A stretch of 64,000 nucleotides of DNA from the NCBI RefSeq assembly GCF_009914755.1, contig NC_060926.1. One strand, written 5' to 3'. Of the stretch, positions 42,511 to 54,944 are shown piece by piece (position 1 is the stretch's first letter; the number at the start of each line of letters is the position of its first letter). A model generated the notes under the pieces. That model worked only from the letters and a program-made list of their open reading frames with translations, ran no database searches and was not told where the DNA came from. The DNA comes from the human T2T-CHM13v2.0 reference genome, Homo sapiens. The position numbers were made by a program, and so were the translations under genes.

Positions 42511-45030
42511 TATCGATACATAGGAATATATCTATATCTATCGATACACAGGTATATATCTATATCTATCGATACACAGGTATATATCTATATCTATCGA
42601 TACACAGGTATATATATCTATCGATACACAGGTATATATCTATATCTATCGATACACAGGTATATATCTATATCTATCGATACACAGGTATATATCTATA
42701 TCTATCGATACACAGGTATATATCTATATCTATCGATACACAGGTATATATCTATATCTATCGATACACAGGTATATATCTATATCTATCGATACATAGG
42801 TATATATCTATATCTATCGATACATAGGTATATATCTATATCTATCGATACATAGGTATATATCTATATCTATCGATACATAGGTATATATCTATATCTA
42901 TCGATACATTGGTATATATCTATATCTATCGATACATGGGTATATATCTATATCTATCGATACATGGGTATATATCTATATCTATCGATACATGGGTATA
43001 TATCTATATCTATCTATCGATACATGGGTATATATCTATATCTATCTATCGATACATGGGTATATATCTATATCTATCTATCGATACATGGGTATATATC
43101 TATATCTATCTATCGATACATGGGTATATATCTATATCTATCTATCGATACATGGGTATATATCTATATCTATCTATAGATACATGGGTATATATCTATA
43201 TCTATCTATAGATACATGGGTATATATCTATATCTATCTATAGATACATGGGTATATATCTATATCTATCTATAGATACATGGGTATATATCTATATCTA
43301 TCTATAGATACATGGGTATATATCTATATCTATCTATAGATACATGGGTATATATCTATATCTATCTATAGATACATGGGTATATATCTATATCTATCTA
43401 TAGATACATGGGTATATATCTATATCTATCTATAGATACATGGGTATATATCTATATCTATCTATAGATACATGGGTATATATCTATATCTATCTATGGA
43501 TACATGGGTATATATCTATATCTATCTATGGATACATGGGTATATATCTATATCTATCTATGGATACATGGGTATATATCTATATCTATCTATGGATACA
43601 TGGGTATATATCTATATCTATCTATGGATACATGGGTATATATCTATATCTATAGATACATGGGTATATATCTATATCTATAGATACATGGGTATATATC
43701 TATATCTATAGATACATGGGTATATATCTATATCTATAGATACATGGGTATATATCTATATCTATAGATACATGGGTATATATCTATATCTATAGATACA
43801 TGGGTATATATCTATATCTATAGATACATGGGTATATATCTATATCTATCTGTAGATACATGGGTATATATCTATATCTATCTGTAGATACATGGGTATA
43901 TATCTATATCTATCTGTAGATACATGGGTATATATCTATATCTATCTGTGGATACATGGGTATATATCTATATCTATCTGTGGATACATGGGTATATATC
44001 TATATCTATCTGTGGATACATGGGTATATATCTATATCTATCTGTGGATACATGGGTATATATCTATATCTATCTATGGATACATGGGTATATATCTATA
44101 TCTATCTATGGATACATGGGTATATATCTATATCTATCTATGGATACATGGGTATATATCTATATCTATCTATGGATACATGGGTATATATCTATATCTA
44201 TCTATGGATACATGGGTATATATCTATATCTATCTATGGATACATGGGTATATATCTATATCTATCTATGGATACATGGGTATATATCTATATCTATCTA
44301 TGGATACATGGGTATATATCTATATCTATCTATGGATACATGGGTATATATCTATATCTATCTATGGATACATGGGTATATATCTATATCTATCTATGGA
44401 TACATGGGTATATATCTATATCTATCTATGGATACATGGGTATATATCTATATCTATCTATGGATACATGGGTATATATCTATATCTATCTATGGATACA
44501 TGGGTATATATCTATATCTATCTATGGATACATGGGTATATATCTATATCTATCTATGGATACATGGGTATATATCTATATCTATCTATGGATACATGGG
44601 TATATATCTATATCTATCTATGGATACATGGGTATATATCTATATCTATGGATACATGGGTATATATCTATATCTATCTATGGATACATGGGTATATATC
44701 TATATCTATCTATGGATACATGGGTATATATCTATATCTATCTATGGATACATGGGTATATATCTATATCTATCTATGGATACATGGGTATATATCTATA
44801 TCTATCTATGGATACATGGGTATATATCTATATCTATCTATGGATACATGGGTATATATCTATATCTATCTATAGATACATGGGTATATATCTATATCTA
44901 TCTATAGATACATGGGTATATATCTATATCTATGTATAGATACATGGGTATATATCTATATCTATCTATAGATATATGGGTATATATCTATATCTATAGA
45001 TAGATATATGGGTATATATCTATATCTATC
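42511..45030. repeat. AT-rich minisatellite B: 28/32-bp units, about 82 copies
   Basis: Unit GATACA(CAGG/TAGG/TGGG)TATATATCTATATC(TATC)T(A/G)T(C/A/G), counted by eye. Confidence 0.97.
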
Positions 45031-45611
45031 TATAGATAGATATAGGTAGGTATATATATCTATATATAGATACATAGGTATATATATATCTATATATAGA
45101 TACATAGGTATATATATATCTATATATAGATACATAGGTATATATATCTATATATAGATACATAGGTATATATATATCTATGTATAGATACACAGGTATG
45201 TATCTATATATACCTATATATCTATGTATAGATATACATACCTATGTATCTAGACATAGATATATATACCTATGTATCTATATATAGATATATATATCTA
45301 CCTATATATATCTATATATAGGTAGATATCTATATATAGATATAGATAGATATATACCTATATATATACCTATATATATACCTATATACATATATAGGTA
45401 TATATAGATATATATACCTATGTATATAGATATATATAAGTAGGTATATATCTATATATAGATATATATATATACATATATACATATACACATATGTGTG
45501 TGTATACATATAGATTTAAATGCCTCTCTATATATAGACATATAGAGCTATAGATAGATAGATACACCTATGTAGATATATATCTCTCTACATATATAGA
45601 GAGAAGCATTT

Positions 45612-45670
45612 TAATATATATATATACAGTATTTAGAACAGAAATTGGCACACAGCCAATTAATGCTAAT
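45612..45670 (+). mobile_element. MIR, 3' part resuming after the minisatellite
   Basis: TAATATATA...CAGTATTTAGAACAGAAATTGGCACACAG matches the MIR 3' motif that follows TAAATGAG in the consensus. Confidence 0.6.
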
Positions 45671-47149
45671 GTAGGTGTTTTAAAATCAGACAGTTTAAAT
45701 AAAGACATTATTTTTAATTATGAGGAGTAATGCTCACCATCTCAACAGGAGACTGATTATCAAGGAAGCTAGATTCCCCAGGTACCCCCTTAATGACTCT
45801 CATTTCATATCCTCTCTACTCAACTGTGATTCCTTTTTTATGCCCCTCCTCAATTAAAAATTATAACAAAGAAGTCTCTCAGTCTCATTCCACCTCACTC
45901 TGATCATCTTGCTCAATTTGATCAACACATCAATATTAGAAGGCAATTGCTTCTTGGACTAGTATCTTCATATCTGGACAACTTGCTTCCTCCAGATTAC
46001 CATAAGAAAGTTCCCCAAAACTTGCTTATTTTCCATTTCTTCTACACCCTATAAAACTTACAGCAGTGTGAGGCACATAAGCAAGTGCTGGGTAAATCTC
46101 AAATAATTGGAAGGTAAATACAAACAAAACTTAAGTAGTAGGAAGAGGATTCTTTATTGCAAACAAATTTGCATATCCAATTATCATTTTTTTGAACTCT
46201 TATTATTCACAAATGTTCAGAAAACTCCAGCAAGGGCATAGAATGAAAACCTGAGGAAAGATGATGGCTGGAAAAGATTGGCTTCATGCCTAATGTTGCT
46301 TTATCATGATTCTGGCAGGTAATCAATAGGAAACTCTGTTGCATAGACATAAATCATAATTGAGTTTTCATCAGGCCTGTGCCAAATCTGTGCCTGTATG
46401 AAATCTAGGATCCTGGTGCCAAGGTGCCTTATCAGTCCATATGCAAATATGCCTTTTGATGAAATCAAAGAACAGTGGAATTCTGACGAGATTGAAGCCT
46501 TGTGCTGCCAAAGCCAGGTAGACACTTAACTCTTCCATTGGCCAATGACTAAACAACGACCGCAAAGGGCAGCCTTTCTCAGACGACGTTGTTCCTTAGA
46601 TGCTCAAGGGCATTCAAAAATGGGAAGAAAATCAACCATAATGGCAATGCTCCCTAAGAGCCTATGAACAAGGACCTTTCTCCAAAATCCCTGAAAACTT
46701 TATTTGAAATGTATTGAAAGACCATCAACTAACACTGAAGAAAAGCACATTGTTTTCTCAAGGCAAAAGAGAAAACATGGTATTAAAGACTAATCTCCTC
46801 TAAATGTTAGCAAATAGGATGAAATTTCTAGACTTTCATCCTTTTCTCAAAGACAATACATCTGAAACTCAAGTAAATTTAAAAGGAATAAATTTAGTTC
46901 TATTCTTATTTGAGGGCAGATGATGACATTAAGATGCATAACCATGCTTACAGATTTATAAGGATCAGTACTTTTGAAATTCTTTTGAATATTTCTTAAA
47001 ATACACTTTTTTAAAGATCAACCCTCAGAATTTTTTAAAACCCACTGGCAAGTGACTAGCCTGGAAAAAAAATGTATCTAGGTATTTGTTCAACCATCCA
47101 GACTGCCCTCCATGCTTTCCCACAACACACACACAAAGAAAGATTCCCC

Positions 47150-47356
47150 AGATCCATACGGTCCACTACAGTTGCCACTATACACAGGTGGCTATTTAAA
47201 TTTAAATTAACTAAACATAATTAAAATACAAAATTCAGTTCCTCACTCATGCTAGCTACATTTCAAGCGCTCAATACTCATGTGGCTAGTGGCTCTCATG
47301 CACTGCAAGCATAAAACATTTACATAATTGCAGAAAGTTGTGTTGAACAGCTCTGT
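47150..47356. mobile_element. MER33/MER3-type MITE
   Basis: GTGGCTATTTAAATTTAAATTAA...AAAATTCAGTTCCTCA...CATTTCAAGCGCTCAATA...GCAGAAAGTT. Confidence 0.85.
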
Positions 47357-49529
47357 AAGACTACACCATTCCCTTTGCTTGCAGAAAGACCTGAGCGTTG
47401 TCTCATCATAGAAGGTGGGCCTCCTTTTCTCTCGAGGTTCTCCAGAGAAGCCCAATCTCACTAGCAAATAATGTGCCCCCACAGAAAGGGCCACAATTTT
47501 CTTTCCCTGAGCCTGGAAGCATAACGAAAGAACTAATAGGATTTTGATAAGGCCAGCAATTCTCAACTGGATTGAGGAAGGAGAGGCAAATCAAATTTGC
47601 TATGAGTGTCTTTTCCATACACACACATTTGAGAATTTCTGCAGATTACAAAACATTTACCAATAGGGCATTATTGTACTTGCAAAAGGTATGAGTGCTA
47701 AAACAGCATTAGAAACCACTGGCTTAAATGACTGATAATTATCATAAGAGCAGCTCTTTACAGACATTACTATTTTCTTGAAACTGTACAGGATGATTTT
47801 TACATATTTTGGTTTAATTTGCCAAAAAAAACCTTTGAGATAGGTACTAGTGTTATCACTACTTTACAGGTCAGAAAGGCTGCCCAAATCACACAAGTGG
47901 TATGTGGTATAGGTAGACTTAATACCATGGCTGGATGATTCTAAAGCCCATGCTATACGTTCTTCTAAACCTGCTCCATGATGTGGAAACTATGGATCAT
48001 AAGCCATAAACAGCTCACCTAGAGTTTGTATATGGTCTGCATAAAGTTGGGAGCCTTTTATTTTCCTGATAGATAAGCTCAGGCCCTTGAATAATCTAAT
48101 TCAAACATTTCCAGCCCTGCCCATAAGCAATTCCTGCCTGCTCCCTACACTTCCACACAAACCTAGTCAGAACCTTTTTCTGGTTGGAGTCTTTGATGCT
48201 CTAGCTGTCAAGACTGACAGCCAGGGCTCTGGCTCTTGGGTCAATGGTTGTGTCATATCCCTGGTAAGTGTGTCAGTGACTTGCCATGGTGTGAGTCAAA
48301 CAGGTAATTTCCTAAATATCACATATATTTATACGGATGCAACTAGGATGAGACAGAAAAGGCAGATGAAAACTATTTTTTATATAAAAGAACCTACTGT
48401 GTCTTTTCTGTGTACCAAGCATATTGATCCTTTCCTTGTTTGCAATAGAATGTTTTTAAAGAATGAAAAGAGGTTACTGGAGGAAAAAAAGCATATTTTG
48501 CAGTTAAGTAACTTAGAAGGTAGATCAAAGGAAAAAATTGCCATTTTCAAAAATATTCAATGACAAAAATTGTTTATATATGCAGTATTACAATCAAATC
48601 CTATAGAGTGTCTAGTTATATATTTTCTGAAATATTTACTCAAACAAAGGAAAGCTTTAAATGATAAGGAAATGAAATCGTGCTTAACCATTGTTTCCAA
48701 TATTGCGTTCTCTGACTTAAAAGATCATTTTAAATTATGTATGTGTGCATGTGTGTGTATTAGCCCTTCTAACATCATTTATTTTATTTATTTTATATAA
48801 GCTTTATGCTTAGAGATGCTGAAAAGAATAGCAAAGCAAATAAGAAAAAAAGATAAAAATGGAGATGGTAGGGAATGACTACTTACTATTATGTAATACA
48901 AAAGACAGCACTCACTAAACCTAGTTGAACTATTTTTGGTCAAATGAAATTAAGCAAAAAGTGCTGAAGCAAAAATCAACAGAGGCAATGATGTTGATAA
49001 AAAGGTTAGCACCTGTTGTTTGGTAAGCAGAACAGACTGTGAGAAGTCATATTGTTCTAGCTAACTCCAAGATGTTTGATTAACAGGAATTGCAAACTAA
49101 AATGCCCATAGGGATGAGGCAGATAATATAATGAGTGAAGAAAGCTGATAATACAAAAAATAACAATGTATTTGCAATGATTATTGGCAAAAAGATTTGT
49201 GTGGGAAGATGTCTCGTAGAGCTTGGCAAGCTTTTCCAAGTCTTACCTGACATCTCATCATTGGGACGAGGTTGATATTCTATTTTGTTGTTTTTAAAAC
49301 TGGGAGGATGGGTGACTACCAAAATTCTATTCCAGACTTTTGTTCCCCAAGACCACTCAAGTTTCCTAATTTTTCTTGAAGTTAAGAGCAGCTTGGGGAG
49401 ATAATCATCTGGAATGCTGACTCCATGACCCTTTCCCCAGTGAAACAACCATAACCAGCTCAAATTATTTTTAAAAAACCATTTTAAATCTCTGCAAATA
49501 GTGCTAAGGTCATACAATACATGGTGAAC

Positions 49530-50345
49530 GATTTATTGAGAAAATAAGAATAGTGAGTTTGTAACATTTCAGCCATAACCTGCTCTTCCCCATACCAGAT
49601 CAGCAGGACACAGGTAGATGCAGCCAAGAACATAGGATTCCCTCTTCCCTTAGCTCCCAGTCTAAGGTGACAGTATCTCCCCCAAAGGGAGAAGCCACCA
49701 GCCTTTTTATATTCCCTAGCTCTGTGCTGCAGAAGCTCTAATCCAGACCAGAGTAGCTGAGAGATCTGGGATTCCCTTCCTAAACTCAACCCCTCATCAT
49801 AAGGCAGAAGCCCTCCCCTAGGCATGCCATAATGGGAATAGTGAGCCCTGATCAACTTCAACTGAGCTTATTCATAGGGCAGAGTCTCCATACCAATAAG
49901 ACCAGATGCTATCACTCCAATCCAATATCCCTTTTGTAAAGCAGCAGCATCACTCTGAGATCAGACCACTGTTCTCACCTCCATCTCTAAAGCAGTGGTG
50001 CAAATATTTTTCTCAGCCAGAGACGAAGGTCTCAAGAATAAAGCACTCTGTAGATATTCCTAAAAGGACTGACTTTACTTGGAACAGAGCATGGGAAAGT
50101 TCAAGTCTAAGGAAAATGTCCAAAACAATGGAAATTTTGGTTGTAAGCAATTAAGAGGGATTGGTAGCTCCATGGTAGCAACAAGCTAAACCTTATACCG
50201 CTGTAAGTTTAAGAAAAAGAACCAGGGAAAGAGACGTCTAAGAAGAGCCTTTGTGGTATCAAAACAAGCCTCAAAACTGGCCTCAAAGATTGCCCCTGTT
50301 ACAGGGGACCAAATTTAATTGAATCAGACAGTAGAGCAATTCGTG
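49530..50345 (+). mobile_element. Old L1M 5'-region-like fragment
   Basis: Resembles an L1MC/MD 5'UTR (GCAGCCAAGAA, GGAACAGAGCATGGGAAAGTTCAAG, AATTTAATTGAATCAGAC). Confidence 0.5.
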
Positions 50346-50354
50346 CCCACAATG

Positions 50355-51430
50355 TATGTTTTGCTATGACACCAAAAGCACAAACAACAAAAGAAAATAA
50401 ATAAATACATTGGACTTCATCACAATTAGCAAGTTTTGAGGTGGGAGGATTGCTCAGTTGAGACCAGGAGTTCAAGGCCACAAATGGGCAACAAAATGAG
50501 ACCCAGTCACTAAAAACAAACAAACAAAAAACCTTTCTGCACTTAACACGACATCATCAAGAAAATGAAAGGGAGAAGATACTTGTCAAATCATATATCT
50601 GACAAAGGACATGTATCCATCATATACAAAGAACTCACACTCAGCAGTAAAAAGACACATAACCCAAATAAAAATAGGCAAAGCATTTGAACACACAGCT
50701 CTCTAAAAGAAGATATATAAATAACCAATAACACATGAAGACATGTACAAGATCATTAGCAATAAGGAAATCCGAATCCAAACCACAATGAGATACCAAT
50801 TCACAGTCACTAGCATAGCTATAATGAAAAATGTAAAATGGTGTGGCCATTTGGGAGAAACAGTTTAGCAGTTCCTTGAAGTGTAAAACATGGATTTAGC
50901 CTATGACTCAGCAATTCCAATTTTAGGTATATGCCCAAAGGAAATGAAAACATATGTCCACTCAAAAACTAGCACATAAGTGTTCATAAAAATATTATTT
51001 ATAATAGTCCCAAATTGGAAACAACCCAAAATGTTCATCAACTGATGAATGGATAAATAAAATTTGGTATAGCCATGCATTGGAATATTATTCAGCAATA
51101 AAAAAATGAAGTATTTATACATGCCAAAACATGGATGAACCTTGAAAACTTTATGCTAACTTAAAGAATCCAGCTAGAAAAGATCACATATTGTATGATT
51201 GCATTAATACAAAATTTTCAGAAGATGCACGCTCTATAGAAAGACACAATAGGGTGGGTTGAGGGAAATAAGGAGTGACATAATAGGTATAGAGTTTCCT
51301 TTTGGAGTGATAAAAATGTTTTAAAATGTATTGTGGTGATGGCTACACAATTCTATGAATATATTAAAAACCACTAACTTGTACACTTGGGGTAAGTTTT
51401 ATGGTATGCAAATTATAATACAATAAAACT
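50355..51430 (+). mobile_element. L1MB7/8-like 3' end containing a short FLAM-like Alu monomer (about 50437-50530)
   Basis: TATGACTCAGCAATTCCA, CAACTGATGAATGGATAAA, TTGTGGTGATGGCTACACAATTC, CAATAAAACT. Confidence 0.85.
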
Positions 51431-52008
51431 GGCTTCTGTTTTTGTTTAAAACACACAGCAATTCAGGATTCTAAAATAAGATCACTTTTTAAATGTTTAA
51501 AACAACCTGGAGATGTAAATATTCTCTCATACAACTTAACAATACTTGCTCAGATAAATGGACAAAATTTTCAGTAATTTTGCAGAAGGCCAGAGAAAGG
51601 AATATATATTTAGCTTAATCTTTTACAAACTGACTCCAACAATGAAATTTTGGCTTTTATTTCTTATATATTTAAACATGTTTAATGCAATGCTTGAAAG
51701 AAGCTATGTAATTCGAAGAGAATTGATTCTACAATGACACTAGAAAGTGGCAGATTAATAAATATACTTGGTTCACGTCAACTATTTTGTAGCTTCCTTG
51801 GACCTCTATCTTGAGAAATGAATGAGCTGGCATCAAGTTGTGCAGTAAAAAGCAGGGCCTTTCAGGGTAAAAGGTCAGAAAGGACACTTTATATTCTAAG
51901 ACGGCCTAAAAATTAGAATTTTTACATTACCTCCAAGTGAGTTTATAACACAGTCATGGAAGTATGAAAGCACACTGTTAGGATCAAAAGAATGTTCATC
52001 GTGCATCT

Positions 52009-52580
52009 TGTGATGATTTGTTTTATATATCAGTGTGACTTGGCCACAGGGTGCCAGACATTTGGTCTAATATTATTCTGGCTGAGTCTGTGAAAGTGTT
52101 TCAAGATGTGATTGACATTTGAATCAGTAGACTGAGTAAAGCAGATTGCCTTCCCTAATGTGTGTGGGCCCCAACCAATAAACTTAAGACCTGAGTAGAA
52201 CAAAAAGGCGAAGTAAGAGGGAAGTCATGCCTGAATGCTTGAGCTGGCACTTTGGACTTCTCTGATGTCCAGACTCAGACTAAAACATCAGCTCTTTTTT
52301 GGTCTCCAGGCTGCCTGTTTTCAGATGAACCTAATCCCATTGGCTCTTCTGGTTCTCAAACCTTCAGACTCAGACTGGAAGTACGCATGGCCTCTTCTCA
52401 GTCTCCAACTTAATGACTGCAGATCTTGAGACATCTCAGCCTCCATAATTGTGTGAGCCAATTTTTTATACTAAATACCATTATTTATAGGATTATTATT
52501 TTTATTTTAGTAAAAATAATCAATAGGATATATATAGAGAGATTATTGGTTATTTTCCCTAGAGAACCTTGACTGATATA
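52009..52580 (+). mobile_element. MLT2D-like ERVL solo LTR
   Basis: GACTTGGCCACAGGGTGCCAGACATTTGG...GACTGAGTAAAGCAGATTGCC...AGAGAACCTTGACTGATA. Confidence 0.85.
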
Positions 52581-53089
52581 CGTTTTTAATTTTCTGCTAT
52601 TCTACCAGATCACAATTCTTACAACAGTCTATGAATAAATGTTGTTGTCAATCCTTTAATTATATTGTTAGTAGTGTGATTACATCACATTATATAGTGT
52701 TAGTCTACGAGTGTTGAAAATGTTTTTCACTAAAGTAATATTTATAATATCTTACAATTTTTGAAACCTTATTTTGGCTTCTATAGAAGTTTTAATTTCT
52801 AGAAGTGTTACATAATGGCAATGGTTCAATTATTTTTCTCAAGCCTAGAAAAACTCTGGTGGAAAAACCTGGACCACCAGTCAGAGCACTTAGCTCCCCA
52901 TTAACTTGTAGTACCATGATCGATCTTAAACTCTACTTATACCTTGGAGTAATCAAATGGATGTTGATGGTGATCATTCCCATCCTTCTTTGCCAATAGG
53001 GTTTATATGAGGATCAAATCAGATAAGAGATATAGAAAATGCATTTAAAGAAGGGAAGTATACAATAGTGATATAAATTTACCGTGTCG

Positions 53090-53275
53090 AGCAAATATAT
53101 AAGAATAATGCAATGGACTTTGGGGACTCAGAAGAAGGGGTGAGTAAGGGACTACACATTGGGTACGGTGTACACTGCTCAGGTGATGGGTCCACAAAAA
53201 TCTCAGAAATCACCACTGAAGAAGAATTTATTCATGTAACGAAACACCGCCTGTTCCCCAAACATCTATTGAAAT
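53090..53275 (+). mobile_element. L1PB-type 3' stub
   Basis: CAATGGACTTTGGGGACTCAG...TACACTGCTCAGGTGATGGG...TCAGAAATCACCACT. Confidence 0.85.
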
Positions 53276-53879
53276 TTGAAATAATTAATTAAATTAAAAA
53301 TGTAGATGAATAAACATAGATATAATTTTTAAAATAAAAAAAGTTTACTGTGTCTAAGTAGTTACATGTTATTAATATTTTAGTATTGACTGAAACATTT
53401 TCAAGGACAATAGAGAAAACACAATGTGCACCTGAAATAGAATGAAATCTATAAATTAGAATAAAATTTGAGCTTACTGCATGCATATAATGCAAAAAAA
53501 TGCTAGATCATTTTCTGCTTCTTTAATTTACAGTACAATTTGGAATGAGAAGTAAACTTGCTATATCCATGCAACAGATAAACTATTAAATTAATTTCAT
53601 TAAGCCAAACCTCATAAGAAACAGTATTGTTTATTGACATGGAAAGGCACTCCACTTAGACTATGATAGAGATGCTTATGAATATAGTGATTTTCATGTA
53701 ATACCACCAAAGAAAAGCCTGTTTCACAGAGAGAATCATGTTATTTGAAACTGCCAAAAACTTTGAAGCCCAGTGCCAGGTATTGCATAAGTGCCTCATT
53801 AATATTTGTAGACTGATTAGAGGGAAAAAGCACTTATGTATAAATAAGGTCATGGAATATAGGAACGTGGAGATAATTC

Positions 53880-54050
53880 TTTCACTCAGTATTTCAATAC
53901 CATGTCATTTGGAGCCTGAAACATAAGTGAATAGAGAACTTGGAGAAGTTCCAGAAAAATGCAGTGAAAATGATTAAAGAGTTGGAAAATGGGATCTATA
54001 AATCATGACTACAGGAATTGGGAGTTATTTAACCCGAACAGAAAAGCTAT
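53880..54050 (+). mobile_element. L3/CR1 fragment
   Basis: TTCCAGAAAAATGCAGTGAAAATGATTAAAGAGTTGGAAAA...GGAATTGGG...TTTAACCCG. Confidence 0.6.
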
Positions 54051-54903
54051 ATGAATGCACCAGATTCATGTGTCTGAAACTTAGAGGGTGAGATTTGCCA
54101 TGACCCATCCACACAGGTGTACAAGCAGAATCAAATTCAGAAGCAACAAAGATTTTTTCAAAATATTCCTATTATTTCTGTAATTATCTATTTCTCTTGT
54201 GTTTTCAAAGAAACCAACAGCAGTCCTGGGACAAGGGCCACAAACATTTTACCAGGTGCCACTGAGGGCCAGGCACCTTGCTAGGCATTGTGGAGAAAAA
54301 GGAGTAGGGCATGGTCCTTAACCTCCAGGATTGTGGGGATCAGTTGGAGGAGACAAACATGTAAAGAGACTTGCAGGATGTCTGAAAACCTCCTGTAATA
54401 AAAGAATATGCAAAGCTGTTGAGTGGTTCTAAGATTGGTACAATCAAGTTTATGTGGGATGCTGGGGTGGAGGAGGAGCTGTTTCATCACAGTCTTCAAG
54501 CTGGGAGTGAGCTTGCTGGGAAGAAGCTGGCAGGAGGATGATAAGGCTGTTCTCTAAGGATAGGAGAGAAAGTGCAAAACATCCATGTGAAAAATAGTGA
54601 GAGCCTGAACCAATTGGATTAGGAAGAGCATATACAAGAAATGTTACTACCACTCCTTTGCAGATGAAGAAATTGAGGTTCAAGGATCTTGGTAACTTGT
54701 GAAACGTTAGCAATAATTAATACTAGAGCTGGAATTTGAATCCACAATTTCTGATTTTCTACAAATCCCTGTTACTCATTTAGCCATCCTAATATTCCAT
54801 GGTTTAACAGACAAGCACTTCTTTCCATTAGAACTGAAGTTGTTATAAACAGAAAATCCATCTTATAGAGTAATTTGGTGGTGGGGGGAGAGAAATGTCA
54901 TAG

Positions 54904-54904
<1 letters not shown>

Positions 54905-54942
<38 letters not shown>

Positions 54943-54944
54943 CA
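54905..54944. repeat. (CA)n microsatellite
   Basis: Directly visible. Confidence 0.95.

Noticed and set aside
41279-44939. Y/I/L-rich ORFs up to 327 aa as genes
   Set aside because: Direct translations of tandem repeat units, with no promoter or splice context.
41450-45030. CRISPR-like array
   Set aside because: Head-to-tail units with no unique spacers, in primate DNA with no cas genes.
48087-48563. 158-aa ORF
   Set aside because: Non-ATG start, no recognisable domain, AT-rich random-like composition.
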